Virus record (IMG/VR): IMGVR_UViG_3300032213_001988 | Coordinates: 1 to 64,000 of that record | Length of the DNA stretch: 64,000 bases | From: a virus | Strand: one strand, 5' to 3' | Shown: positions 51,046-60,846 of the stretch, in pieces | Layout: every line of letters starts with the position of its first letter | Numbering within the stretch: the stretch's first letter is position 1 | The notes under the pieces: generated by a model | Seen by the model: the letters and a program-made list of their open reading frames with translations, nothing else | What the model was told of the DNA's origin: nothing | Databases searched by the model: none | Translations under genes and position numbers: made by a program

Positions 51046-52628
51046 TACTTTTTGTCCTTTCGTATGTTATTTATGTCCTCAAGGTGATCTACCCTGAGAG
51101 AAAGTTCTTGAATTGACTTAATAACAGGGGAGATAAGCTGGTAGTAGTCAATTCTTCTTACAGGGCTTGGTGCAAGTCCAGGTTCAGGCGCAAGCTCGCT
51201 TTCATCACGGAAGACAAGACCATAGTTCTCAATACCTTCGCTTGACATGAGTTTTTCAACGTCCTGCGCAATAAGACCGTACTGCACAGAGTCAGCTTGC
51301 TCATTCCACGCGAACGAAACAGGAGTAAGCTTATTGATGAAGTTTAGACCAAGCCCAACTGGAGAAACCTTTTGCTTTAGGCGTAAGTCAGACTTTGCAC
51401 CGGGAGCGCCTGCAGGACCAGGAGCACCTTTAGGGCCAGGAGGGCCAGGAGGGCCAATAGGACCAGTAGGTCCTGCAATGAAAGGTCCACGAAAAATTGT
51501 TCCGCTGCTATTGATATATGCAAGACCAGTGCCAGAGCCTTTAAGGCCAGAGGCAAAATACGAGCCAGTGATGTCCATATTTCCGGCTACAAAAACATTA
51601 CCAACGGTTGAAATTGTGTAGCCAGACACAATTGATCCAGAGACAAGAAGCCCACCAGTTAACTGAGCCTTACCCGACATTTGAAGCCCACCGAACAACG
51701 AGTTAACGCCTAAGAAGCCCATGCCAAGAAAGTTAGTTCCAGAATGCTGTAGAATAGCTCCAGTAGATCCAAGAAATATCCTAGGAACACCATTATTGAC
51801 AGCACCAAGATTCATTCCCGTGCCAAACGTAGGGTCACCATCACTAGCAGATAGAGATCCTAACGGTGTTCCGCTATTTCCATAAATTGTTAAGGTACGA
51901 TTGCCACCATCAAGCTCTACTCTAGCTTTCTCTCCAAGCAAGGGATCTCTTGTTCTCACTGTTCTACCTGTAAGTGTTCCAGCAGTAATGTTAGTTGCGT
52001 TGATGTTCTCAACGATAATATCTGTTGCGTTTATTGTGCCAGTCGAACCGTCAAAGGTTAGTGTATTCACTCCGGCAGAGTTTATTGCACGCAAACCTTG
52101 TGCGGTAAGTTCAATGCGCGAAACATCGTTTACGTTATCCTTAAGCTCAATCTTCTTGCCTTGAATCAGCGACGCGGTAATTGCGTTGGCTGAGATCTTG
52201 TCTGCAACAATGGCGTTAGCAGAGATCTCATCCGCGGTAATTGCGTTGGCTTGAATCTCGCGCGCGGTAATGGCATCAGCGCTAATCTTGCCTGCAATAA
52301 TGGCGTTGGCGTTAATTACACGTGCGTCAATCGCGTCAGTGGTGATGTTACGGTTTGTGACCGCGTTGTTGTTCAGCTCAGAGTTGGTAACCGCGTTCGC
52401 GTCAATGGTACGAGTAGAGATCTCATTGGTTCCAATTGAGTTTTCTACAACCGCAAGATTTTTTATCGTCTCCGTGACAACTGCTGCACGTGGAAGCTTC
52501 TCTGTTGTAACAACCTGTGCCTGTAGACGTTTTGCAGCAGGGCGTTTTTCAATGTAGCGTAGACGCGAGTCAATGTTAGTTGTCATGTTACCTACAGACT
52601 TACGAGATCTAAAGCGACGACTAGCCAC
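51045..52628 (-). CDS. Tail fibre/spike with C-terminal intramolecular chaperone (peptidase S74)
   Basis: 10-aa repeats AITA.EI.AN; short GPP collagen; SDLRLK...GLIAQDVE...IDY.QLI..VIKSIQEL. Confidence 0.88.
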   Translation of the reverse strand: MASRRFRSRKSVGNMTTNIDSRLRYIEKRPAAKRLQAQVVTTEKLPRAAVVTETIKNLAVVENSIGTNEISTRTIDANAVTNSELNNNAVTNRNITTDAIDARVINANAIIAGKISADAITAREIQANAITADEISANAIVADKISANAITASLIQGKKIELKDNVNDVSRIELTAQGLRAINSAGVNTLTFDGSTGTINATDIIVENINATNITAGTLTGRTVRTRDPLLGEKARVELDGGNRTLTIYGNSGTPLGSLSASDGDPTFGTGMNLGAVNNGVPRIFLGSTGAILQHSGTNFLGMGFLGVNSLFGGLQMSGKAQLTGGLLVSGSIVSGYTISTVGNVFVAGNMDITGSYFASGLKGSGTGLAYINSSGTIFRGPFIAGPTGPIGPPGPPGPKGAPGPAGAPGAKSDLRLKQKVSPVGLGLNFINKLTPVSFAWNEQADSVQYGLIAQDVEKLMSSEGIENYGLVFRDESELAPEPGLAPSPVRRIDYYQLISPVIKSIQELSLRVDHLEDINNIRKDKK

Positions 52629-54642
52629 GCTTATCTACCTCCCACTCTGCAATTAGTTTTAACGATACCTTTTCAGGAAACGTTGGGCTGTTTCCGACTG
52701 AAACCGTGTACGAGTCAATCTTACGCACAATAACGGTGTCACGTGGCTCAAGATCTGACGCAAGACGCATCTTAACAAACTCGTCATCAATTACGAGCGA
52801 GCACCAGTCACCTGGTGCATACGTCCCAACTACGGGATTAAGTGAACCGTTAACACCTACCGTGATGTCGGCAAGTGGCGGACGAAACTCACTAAGATAG
52901 CGTGAAGCTGTCTCGTAAAGAGCAACCTCATCTACTTCATCGTTCTCTGAGACGTCGTCCTCAAGAATAGGCCAGCCATCAAGTAGTAGTTCTAACGAGG
53001 CAGCAGCGGAGTATGGCTGACTTGCACCTTCACCAAGATCACCGATGTTGCCAACCGCCCACATGCGCGTTACCGCGTCATCTGACTTTTCATCAAGAGA
53101 AAAATCACTTATCTGTCCAGGGTACTCAAATACAAGTTCATCTGCGCCAAAGCGACTTATTGGAGATACCTCGCCTGGTGCTGGAGGATTAGGATAGTTT
53201 ATTGGAAGTAGAACAAACTCTCGCTTAAACGACGCCGTGTTTGGGTCATAGAAGCAGTCGATGCGATACTCAAAGCCGTCTGTTCGTTCAACAGGAGAAG
53301 CTGATCTTCTCTTTGAGCTCGAAAGACGATCTGAATACTTATCAAGCTCCTCGCCAACGTTTCTTAACTCAAAGCCGCGATAATTTTCTGGCTCAAGATC
53401 AATTCCGGAGTATTCGTCTGTGGAGTAGTCAAGTCCTCCAATGTCAGAGTTGGCGGTGTATGGTCCGTATGTTCCAACAAGAACATATGGAGTTACAACC
53501 GCGGTAGCACCTGCTGCAACAGCTGATGGCGCGATGTTGACAAGACCAGAGGTAAGATAGCTAAACGTGTTTGCAGTCGTTGAAAGAATAATGTACTCTC
53601 CGTTAAGAATCTCTGAGAACGAGTTGCCTTGATCAACGCCAGATATAACTACTCTTTGTCCAACTGAGAACCCATGACTCCCAGAGGTAGTAAGCGTTGC
53701 AACGTAGTCAACTAGCTGCTTGTTTGTAACTGTTCTTGTGTTAACAGACACTGCAGTAGGTGGAACCGTTCCACTTTTTGCGTAGGTTAGTGTTGTTGCT
53801 GTTGGAGTGCTTGCAACGATGTATTGCCCGTTAAACGTCTGGTCAACGTTTCTTATAAGAACAACCTGCCCTGGACTAAGCCCATGAGCAGTAGAGGTAG
53901 TTATAGTTGCAAAACCACTTGCTATTTGCTTATTTGTTATTAAAACTCTCTCTGCTAAACCAGGCTCAATTTCATCGTTGGCAAACTCTAGGTTTGTAAA
54001 ATCAGCTAACATGGAGTCGATAAGACTCTTAACCCAATCATACGTATCGGTGTTTACAAGAACAGTAACTAGAGGATAGGTTCCGTTTGCAACTCCTACA
54101 GCGTCAATAGAGAACGTGGTGCTAGTCGGAGCTGGGCTACTTCTTACAGTGTAGAACCCGTCAAATGGAAAATGTTGTACCTCACGAAACGACATCTTTA
54201 CAGATGATCCTGCTGCTATCTCATATGTGTAACCTGGATCTAATGTAACTGCACCGATGCCGCCAGACACAACTATCGTGGCTCCAAGATCATGTGACCA
54301 CGTCTTCCACACACGGCGACGAAATAGGTAGCTTGTCCACTCTGACGCATTGATGTCAAGCGTGCGGCTAATAAGGTTGTAGTTGCGAGACCAGATAACT
54401 CCTCCCCACACACATACTCCGTCTCTAGTTACATATAGCGCAGTTTTTCCTGGCATTGTCGAGTCGTAAAGATTAAATGACGCTGTCTTGTCAATAACAG
54501 GGATGTTGCCGCTAAAGCTCCCTGCGCCTTTTAGCGCACGTCCATAGCTTACACCTTGAAATGGAATCTCCGCTAGTAGCGTGTTACTTACAATGTCGGT
54601 AACAAAGTACCGATACGTTGCAGCCTCTGTATTAAAACCCAT
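52621..54642 (-). CDS. Minor tail protein (Tal/hub-like) with inserted HG beta domains
   Basis: YRYFVTDIVSNTLLAEIP; follows the Dit-like gene; three FCCH-like inserts. Confidence 0.75.
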   Translation of the reverse strand: MGFNTEAATYRYFVTDIVSNTLLAEIPFQGVSYGRALKGAGSFSGNIPVIDKTASFNLYDSTMPGKTALYVTRDGVCVWGGVIWSRNYNLISRTLDINASEWTSYLFRRRVWKTWSHDLGATIVVSGGIGAVTLDPGYTYEIAAGSSVKMSFREVQHFPFDGFYTVRSSPAPTSTTFSIDAVGVANGTYPLVTVLVNTDTYDWVKSLIDSMLADFTNLEFANDEIEPGLAERVLITNKQIASGFATITTSTAHGLSPGQVVLIRNVDQTFNGQYIVASTPTATTLTYAKSGTVPPTAVSVNTRTVTNKQLVDYVATLTTSGSHGFSVGQRVVISGVDQGNSFSEILNGEYIILSTTANTFSYLTSGLVNIAPSAVAAGATAVVTPYVLVGTYGPYTANSDIGGLDYSTDEYSGIDLEPENYRGFELRNVGEELDKYSDRLSSSKRRSASPVERTDGFEYRIDCFYDPNTASFKREFVLLPINYPNPPAPGEVSPISRFGADELVFEYPGQISDFSLDEKSDDAVTRMWAVGNIGDLGEGASQPYSAAASLELLLDGWPILEDDVSENDEVDEVALYETASRYLSEFRPPLADITVGVNGSLNPVVGTYAPGDWCSLVIDDEFVKMRLASDLEPRDTVIVRKIDSYTVSVGNSPTFPEKVSLKLIAEWEVDKRG

Positions 54643-54684
54643 GTCGCGTTAGCCTATGTCTCTCGTCGTTGTTATCATTGTAAA

Positions 54685-55632
54685 CTATCCAATCCACCCA
54701 GAGCGGTAGTAAACACGCAAGGTTGCATTACTTGCAGCGTTGCCTTCATCAATTACAGTGATTGTGTTTTGTCCTGGAGAAAGTCGTATCCAGTCAACAA
54801 GCGTGTCAATCATCGAGCGTGTGCCTTCAATTGAGCCGTCAAGTGCAACCTCTCGGTCCTGGGTGTCAATCTCTAGAAACTGTCCGTTTGGCACAGGATC
54901 AATAACAAGAATCAACTCGTCACGAGTCGAGTTTGTGATAGTTAGAGGGCCTGTTACTCCTCCAGAAAGTTCAAGGATAACGTAGACCTCGTAGTTACCG
55001 ATGTTTGTAACAACACCTGTTCCAGTTTTTCCTGCGCCAGTGTTACGCACAGGAATTTCAACAACAGAGTATCCTTCTGGGTCAGAGTCGTCCCACTCAT
55101 ACTTAATTGGATCTGCTGCTCTTAGCGTTATAGAAAACTCAGTTCTTCCACGAGCGTTAACTGTCTCAATGTCAGGTTGACCACTTAGACGCACGAACGA
55201 AGCGCGTGGTGGATCCTCAAATGTTCTAAACCAGGCGCCTCGATAGACAAGGTTTGTATCGCGAATAAGTTTATCTCGTGCCGCAGCAACGTATGATGGG
55301 CTTGGCGGAAGAAACACTCCTTCAAGAGTAAAGGTGCGAGACTGCCAACGCCCGTTGATGTCATAGGATCCGTCAGCAAAACCGCGCTGTATGTTCGGCA
55401 TGTCAAGGTCAGGGTGACCCCACCAACCTTTAATGCTGGTGCATACCCAGATCACGTTGTTCTCGTCAATTGCGTTAAGAATAAGATCTCCAAGAATGAT
55501 GTCAGAGTTTAACTTCATTCCAGAGATGTAAGGCTCTGGCAAAGGAGTTAGCGCACGCTTGACTACCTTGTTTTCACGGTATTGCTCTATCGCACTAGGC
55601 GCTACGTCAATGTATTCTTTTTCCTCTGACAC
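54685..55632 (-). CDS. Distal tail protein (Dit-like)
   Basis: Immediately after the tape measure gene; GWWG.P...DG...R.FTLEG...LSPGQNTI...YYRSGW. Confidence 0.8.
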   Translation of the reverse strand: MSEEKEYIDVAPSAIEQYRENKVVKRALTPLPEPYISGMKLNSDIILGDLILNAIDENNVIWVCTSIKGWWGHPDLDMPNIQRGFADGSYDINGRWQSRTFTLEGVFLPPSPSYVAAARDKLIRDTNLVYRGAWFRTFEDPPRASFVRLSGQPDIETVNARGRTEFSITLRAADPIKYEWDDSDPEGYSVVEIPVRNTGAGKTGTGVVTNIGNYEVYVILELSGGVTGPLTITNSTRDELILVIDPVPNGQFLEIDTQDREVALDGSIEGTRSMIDTLVDWIRLSPGQNTITVIDEGNAASNATLRVYYRSGWIG

Positions 55633-58600
55633 TATGCAGCTCCTTTACGCATTGCAAATGCAATCTTGCGAGATACGATCTCTGCAAGCTCTGACTCATT
55701 CATACCCTGTGAAGGATACACGTTTATTGTAGTTCCACCACCAGCACCGCCGGAAAGCATCTGAATCATCGCCTTGTCACGCTTTGATAGACCGTCTGGG
55801 TCAAGAGGCTCAACACGCTCTGCACGACCAGCCTCACCAATACGTGCAAGCATTCCTCCTGGTGTTGCAGGGACGATTCCACCCATCGCTAGGGCAATAG
55901 GAGGAATCTTTTGAAGTTGATCTATGTCCTTACCGATTTTTACCTTATTTGCTTGTCTAATTGCCCAGTTAATTCCATCTATGACGTTGTTAAGTCTGTC
56001 AATGATAAAGTTTACAACTCCCGAAAGCCCAGATTTTAATCCGTCCCACAGTCCAGTTGCAAGGCTGGTTATCTTTGTTTTAATTCCAGTAATGAACGGA
56101 TAGATTGTGTTTGTAAAGAAGCCAGATACCTTGTCCCAAGCTGCAGAAATTCCACCAGAGATAAAGTCCCAGATGGCACCAGCTCTAGTTTTTACGGCGT
56201 TAACAATACCAGAAACAAAAGGGTAGATAGTTGTATCCCAGAAACCCTTTACAGTGGTCCATACTGCCATGATTTTGTCATAGATCCAATTCCAGATCAT
56301 TGCGCCAAATGCTGCAACCTTTGCAACAATTGCGGTAATGAATGGCAGAATGGTGTCGTTCCACCAGCCTGAAACAGTCCCCCACACCTCAACAATCTTG
56401 TCATACAGGAAGTTCCAGACGATAAGACCAATTCCGATGATGATCTCAACGATGGCCTTCCAAAAACCATATATAGCTTTAAAGTAGTCTTCTACTAAGC
56501 CCCACACAAACTTAAGCGCATCAATAAAGAAGTCCCAGATCTTAGCTCCAACTTCAGCTATTTTTCCAAAGATATCCTTTATAAACTCCCAGGCAGCGCC
56601 AATTGCATCCTTAACTGCAGCCCATACCTTATCAACGAGCTCTCGGAACGCCTCGTTCTTTTTGTAGAGAGTAACAAATATAGCAACAAGAGCAACGATG
56701 GCTAAGACTACGAGGGCAAAAGGGTTGTTAATCAGCGCTGTTGAGAGAAGTTTGAACACGGCTGTAAAGACCTTAACTGCAGTGCTAACAACACCAAATA
56801 TAGTTGCAAGGGCGTTAAACGCAAGAATAAGAACATACAGAATAAAGTTTCCTACAGCTATAAGAATAATCTTAATTAGGCCAAATGCAAGTAGGAAGCC
56901 TGTGATCGGGCCAAGTACCTTTGCTATAGCTTGAACAACATCGTTCTCAAGAATCTTTCTTACGACAGTCGCAGCGACGTTTAGGGTGTCAAAGAAGGTC
57001 TTCATCTGTCCGGAGTCGGTGAGCAGATCAATGATCTTAATTACATTTACAGTAAGCTCTGCAAGCGCAGGTCCAGCCGCGTTTGACTTTGTAAGAATGT
57101 TTCCAAAAGCGTCAGCGCCGCCCTTTAGAATATCAAACGCCTTGCCAACGTTTGGATCAGCACCAGCTTTTAGGATCTCCTTAAAAAACGCGCCGACAGC
57201 CTCGAGAGCAGATGCAGCGTTCTTTGAAGAGTTAAGGAAGAACTCCTTGAGTTCCTTTTGTCCTTCTACTGTTTTTCCAAATTCCTTGAATCCCTTTAAT
57301 GAACCTTCTAACCAGTCAAGTAGGAACTGTCCGCCGGTACCTGGACCGACGTTTGCCTTGATGACAACTCCGAGAGCACCAAATGCTTCCTTAAATACTT
57401 GACCAATTTCAGCAGCAACGTCTCCTGCCGTATTGAAGAACTCTTCGAGCTTTCTCTTGCCTTCCTCGGTGTTGAAGTAGGTGTCCCACTTCTTTCCTTG
57501 CGCATCTAGGAACTTAAGGAACCGCTCGGTGACAGGCTGAGCCGCGTTTAGAACAGATAAAGCTATTCCCCAGGCTGACCCAATAATAGAACCCAAAGTA
57601 CGAATGTTTGTTGCAGCATCCTCAAACAGCTTAGCTAACTTGTCAAGGTTCTCTGATTTTGCGATTGCGTTTGCTATTTCAATTGCAGCGTCACCTAAGG
57701 CAGAACCGACTCCTGCAAGGCCAGTCTTAAACACCTCAAAGGCTTTGCCGTCTGTTAGGATCTTAATTGCTTCTTCTAGCTTAGGAAGAAATTCCTTTGC
57801 GATGGCTTCCTTTAGCTCTTTAATCTTTCCTTGCAGCGAGACAATAAACTCTGCAAAATCCCTTTGCGAAGGTGTAAGACCAGCAAAAGGATCATCTCCT
57901 CCACCTTCTTGTGCCTTCTTTAGATCGCGCTCTGCTCGCTCAATCTCTCGTTTTGCGTCTGCTTCCTTGCGCGCGCCTTCGATAATCTTTTTATTCTTCG
58001 CGTCCTCTGCGTCAAGAACCTTTTGATTAGCATCTGCAAGACGTTGAGACGCCTCAATAACGGCTTCAACTCCTTCAGGTCCAGTCTTTGCAAGACGATC
58101 TTGCTCCTTGGCAAGATCACCGTTGCGGTCCTTTGCCTTGCGTAGGTTTAACTCTGCCTCTGCGTAGGCAAGCTCTGCTTCCTTGCGAGCACGAGAGTTA
58201 GGTGGAAGATCTTGAGCACGCTGTAGAGTCTCGCGAGCCTTCTCAAGCTCAAGGGCTGCCTTCTTCTCGGCAAGTGCCGCGTCCTCCGCGTCAAAGCCAA
58301 GTTGCTGGATTGTTTCATTTGCTTTTTCAAGTGCCAGGTTGTACTCGCGCTGGGCTTCCTCGGCGTCCTTTGTTGACTCTGCTATTTCTTTATTAGCCGC
58401 AAGGATTGCTTCCTTGTTGCTTTCAACAACCTCACCAAAACGGCGATAGGCATCATCAACTCTATCTTGAGCAGCAGTAGTGTCCTTTGCTCCTTTTTTC
58501 TGAGCATTAAGATACTTTGATACAGCTTGTCCCACTCCGCCTAATGCTAGTTTAGCAGCTATTGCTCCTATACCTACAGAGACAAAAGCCGAGCCAAGCG

Positions 58601-58955
58601 CCACAACAGAAGGTATTGCTGCCGCAAAAGATGCGCCTAGTGAGACTGCAGCGGTGATAATAGAGCCTAGCCCACTGACAAGCACAGACAAGGTAGTCTG
58701 GAGAGTCATTCCAGCTCTTTGTAGAGTAGCAAATGCCTTTCCGACAGCTAGCGCTTTTCCTATTTGGTCGTTATCAAATATCTTAGCGCCATCTGGACCA
58801 AACGCCTTTCCAAAGGCTCCGCCAAATGTTTTTCCAGCACGTGCACCCGCACTACCGGCAAGTCCGCCAACTCTGTCAAGATCTTTCTTAACAGCTCCAG
58901 CAAAACCGGTAGTGATTGGTCGAATAATTATCGACGCCTCGCCAACTACTGCCAC
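55632..58955 (-). CDS. Tape measure protein
   Basis: 1107 aa; VGEASI N-terminus, coiled-coil segment, W/F-periodic repeats, LARIGEAGRAERVEPL C-terminus. Confidence 0.92.
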   Translation of the reverse strand: MAVVGEASIIIRPITTGFAGAVKKDLDRVGGLAGSAGARAGKTFGGAFGKAFGPDGAKIFDNDQIGKALAVGKAFATLQRAGMTLQTTLSVLVSGLGSIITAAVSLGASFAAAIPSVVALGSAFVSVGIGAIAAKLALGGVGQAVSKYLNAQKKGAKDTTAAQDRVDDAYRRFGEVVESNKEAILAANKEIAESTKDAEEAQREYNLALEKANETIQQLGFDAEDAALAEKKAALELEKARETLQRAQDLPPNSRARKEAELAYAEAELNLRKAKDRNGDLAKEQDRLAKTGPEGVEAVIEASQRLADANQKVLDAEDAKNKKIIEGARKEADAKREIERAERDLKKAQEGGGDDPFAGLTPSQRDFAEFIVSLQGKIKELKEAIAKEFLPKLEEAIKILTDGKAFEVFKTGLAGVGSALGDAAIEIANAIAKSENLDKLAKLFEDAATNIRTLGSIIGSAWGIALSVLNAAQPVTERFLKFLDAQGKKWDTYFNTEEGKRKLEEFFNTAGDVAAEIGQVFKEAFGALGVVIKANVGPGTGGQFLLDWLEGSLKGFKEFGKTVEGQKELKEFFLNSSKNAASALEAVGAFFKEILKAGADPNVGKAFDILKGGADAFGNILTKSNAAGPALAELTVNVIKIIDLLTDSGQMKTFFDTLNVAATVVRKILENDVVQAIAKVLGPITGFLLAFGLIKIILIAVGNFILYVLILAFNALATIFGVVSTAVKVFTAVFKLLSTALINNPFALVVLAIVALVAIFVTLYKKNEAFRELVDKVWAAVKDAIGAAWEFIKDIFGKIAEVGAKIWDFFIDALKFVWGLVEDYFKAIYGFWKAIVEIIIGIGLIVWNFLYDKIVEVWGTVSGWWNDTILPFITAIVAKVAAFGAMIWNWIYDKIMAVWTTVKGFWDTTIYPFVSGIVNAVKTRAGAIWDFISGGISAAWDKVSGFFTNTIYPFITGIKTKITSLATGLWDGLKSGLSGVVNFIIDRLNNVIDGINWAIRQANKVKIGKDIDQLQKIPPIALAMGGIVPATPGGMLARIGEAGRAERVEPLDPDGLSKRDKAMIQMLSGGAGGGTTINVYPSQGMNESELAEIVSRKIAFAMRKGAA

Positions 58956-58985
58956 TCTGTTCTCACCTCCTTCCTTAAGTTCTTA

Positions 58986-59438
58986 CTAGTTATTTTCTAA
59001 TGGTGCGTCCAGCACATTACCAAACGGAAGCGGTGAGTCTGCATCAACTGCTGTTGGTGCAACGTAACGCTTTGGCTTCATTGCTGGGTTGAACGGTTCG
59101 GGCATCTTCTCTTCAGGATCATCAAAATCTTTTATCGTAGACGCGTCAAACGAGTTAGCTGTATTTTTCTTACTATACTTATAGGTAGTGTCATACATGC
59201 TTTCGTAGATTTGAGTACGAACGGCATCACGAGCATCGGCTTGCTCTGCGGTACCATAATTCATATCATCCTCAAGGAAGTAGTGAAGAACGTCTAACAT
59301 GTCTGAAGCAGGCATGCTTGCGAGTTGCAGTCCGTTCACTAATGCTCTTCCATTCACATAGGGCCAGAGGTCAATCCCCCACTCTAGGAGACTTCTGGCC
59401 GCTCCGTAGGGCGGCCTGAGTATTCCTCTACAAGCCAC
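58986..59438 (-). CDS. Tail assembly chaperone, -1 frame extension (gpGT-like)
   Basis: Overlaps the end of the chaperone in the -1 frame; directly precedes the tape measure gene. Confidence 0.65.
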   Translation of the reverse strand: MACRGILRPPYGAARSLLEWGIDLWPYVNGRALVNGLQLASMPASDMLDVLHYFLEDDMNYGTAEQADARDAVRTQIYESMYDTTYKYSKKNTANSFDASTIKDFDDPEEKMPEPFNPAMKPKRYVAPTAVDADSPLPFGNVLDAPLENN

Positions 59439-59719
59439 GCCGTGATATTTGCCAGTGTTTCTACCGGCACAATTTTTTCGCTAGCAAGAAGAGTTGAAAA
59501 GCGTGTGTAGCTTTCCTCAAGAAGTACTTGCGCAAAAAACGTGTCAATCATTCCTGCTGCCTTAGATGGGTCATTATCCCCAGAGCTTGCAGCAAGTTGC
59601 AGCATAAGCTTTCCTTGCACTGCTGGAACGCAGTGAAATTCCTCGTTGTGAAGCTTAAAGGACAACGGGCTAGTTTCAACACCTTCACCCGATCCAAAGT
59701 CCTTGAATCTAGTAGTCAT
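59384..59719 (-). CDS. Tail assembly chaperone (gpG-like)
   Basis: Position before TMP; ends WLVEEYSGRPT. Confidence 0.8.
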   Translation of the reverse strand: MTTRFKDFGSGEGVETSPLSFKLHNEEFHCVPAVQGKLMLQLAASSGDNDPSKAAGMIDTFFAQVLLEESYTRFSTLLASEKIVPVETLANITAWLVEEYSGRPTERPEVS

Positions 59720-59776
59720 GTATTATTTTTCTCTCTTTCCTGTGTCATTGAGACGGTTGTCTCCGTTATTATTTTA

Positions 59777-60169
59777 TCAAACTAGAGCAAGTCCTAGGTT
59801 GTCTTTTAGGTATCTATTCGGCTTAGTTCCTGGGTGTCTAACTATAGGAGTAAACACCATTCCTCCGTTAGTTACAAACCTAAGTTTGCCTCCCCCGCTG
59901 CGCGTAATCGTATGACGGCGTGTGCCTTCATGGTGCATGTATGCGTAGCTAACCGTTGAACCTACGTACCAATAAGGTCCGAAGGTGTCACGGCTTCTCC
60001 TCGAGTGAATTGACTTTTGGAGAAAATTAGTTTGTTTTCCAACCTGCCTGCGCGCTGCAGCTTGAACTGAAAGTGCGCGACGTCGCATGTCGTTGTCAAC
60101 CATTCCACCTGCTCCATTTAGCATGTGGTTGAAATTTGGATAAAACTTTATGTCTACGACGTTTGCCAC
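59777..60169 (-). CDS. Neck/tail completion protein (HK97 gp10-like)
   Basis: Basic 130-aa protein; YA..HHEGT...HPGTKPNRYL. Confidence 0.65.
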   Translation of the reverse strand: MANVVDIKFYPNFNHMLNGAGGMVDNDMRRRALSVQAAARRQVGKQTNFLQKSIHSRRSRDTFGPYWYVGSTVSYAYMHHEGTRRHTITRSGGGKLRFVTNGGMVFTPIVRHPGTKPNRYLKDNLGLALV

Positions 60170-60675
60170 TATGGCACCACCACAGAGAGCTGCATGTTGA
60201 CAAGTTGAAAACCACCCTCAACAGTTGGAGCATCAACAGTTGCAATAACTCCAAGCCCTAGGCCAGTCTCATCCCAAGGATCAAATGACTTCATTGACTC
60301 CATAAGTACCCACGCGTCGACAGCAGACAGCGCACTGCCAGCCTCGATCTTTTCAGCTGATGGAGGACGACCGTTTATCCCAACTACAGGCACCTCACGG
60401 GCAATAGAGATAGCTAAAACTGCCGTTCTTGGCATGTGACATCTTTGCGGGCTAGAAGCTTGATCACCTGGAGTCCCAAGATACATTTGAATGAATGAAA
60501 CGACAAGCTGTTCGCAGTCAATGGCAGGATTTCCCATTGTCCAGTAGCAGCGAGCAGGTAGAGGAACACCATATGATGTAAGAACGGATGTAACCTTCTC
60601 GAGGACCTGGTCCATCATGTTTTTAAGACTAAGTGCGTCTGGATCTACACTGGAAACGTCGTATACGGCAGCCAT
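60169..60675 (-). CDS. Tail terminator-like protein
   Basis: Position; YWTMG.PAIDCEQL...RE.P. Confidence 0.55.
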   Translation of the reverse strand: MAAVYDVSSVDPDALSLKNMMDQVLEKVTSVLTSYGVPLPARCYWTMGNPAIDCEQLVVSFIQMYLGTPGDQASSPQRCHMPRTAVLAISIAREVPVVGINGRPPSAEKIEAGSALSAVDAWVLMESMKSFDPWDETGLGLGVIATVDAPTVEGGFQLVNMQLSVVVP

Positions 60676-60685
60676 TTAGATACCC

Positions 60686-60820
60686 TTATTCCGTACCTGT
60701 GGAATTTAGCCTTGGAGAGGACGAAAGTGTCTCTAATCCCTTGTGAGCAGCCTTGCTAGCTGCGTTAGAGCGGTTTAGAGCAGGACTCGAGATCTTAAAC
60801 GTTGTTTTGCTGTCTTGCAT
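60686..60820 (-). CDS. 44-aa hypothetical protein
   Basis: AAAGGAG RBS; MQDSKTTFKISSPALNRSNAASKAAHKGLETLSSSPRLNSTGTE*; fills the gap between adaptor and terminator genes. Confidence 0.5.
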   Translation of the reverse strand: MQDSKTTFKISSPALNRSNAASKAAHKGLETLSSSPRLNSTGTE

Positions 60821-60846
60821 CGTTATTTCTCCTTTATGTCGTTGGT

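Noticed and set aside
35212-60737. Exact 15-bp match gaaagtgtctctaat at 35212-35226 and 60723-60737, considered as an operator or ribozyme core
   Set aside because: About 2 such 15-mer pairs are expected by chance in 64 kb (64000^2/2 divided by 4^15). One copy lies inside a small ORF, and there is no hammerhead CUGANGA core.
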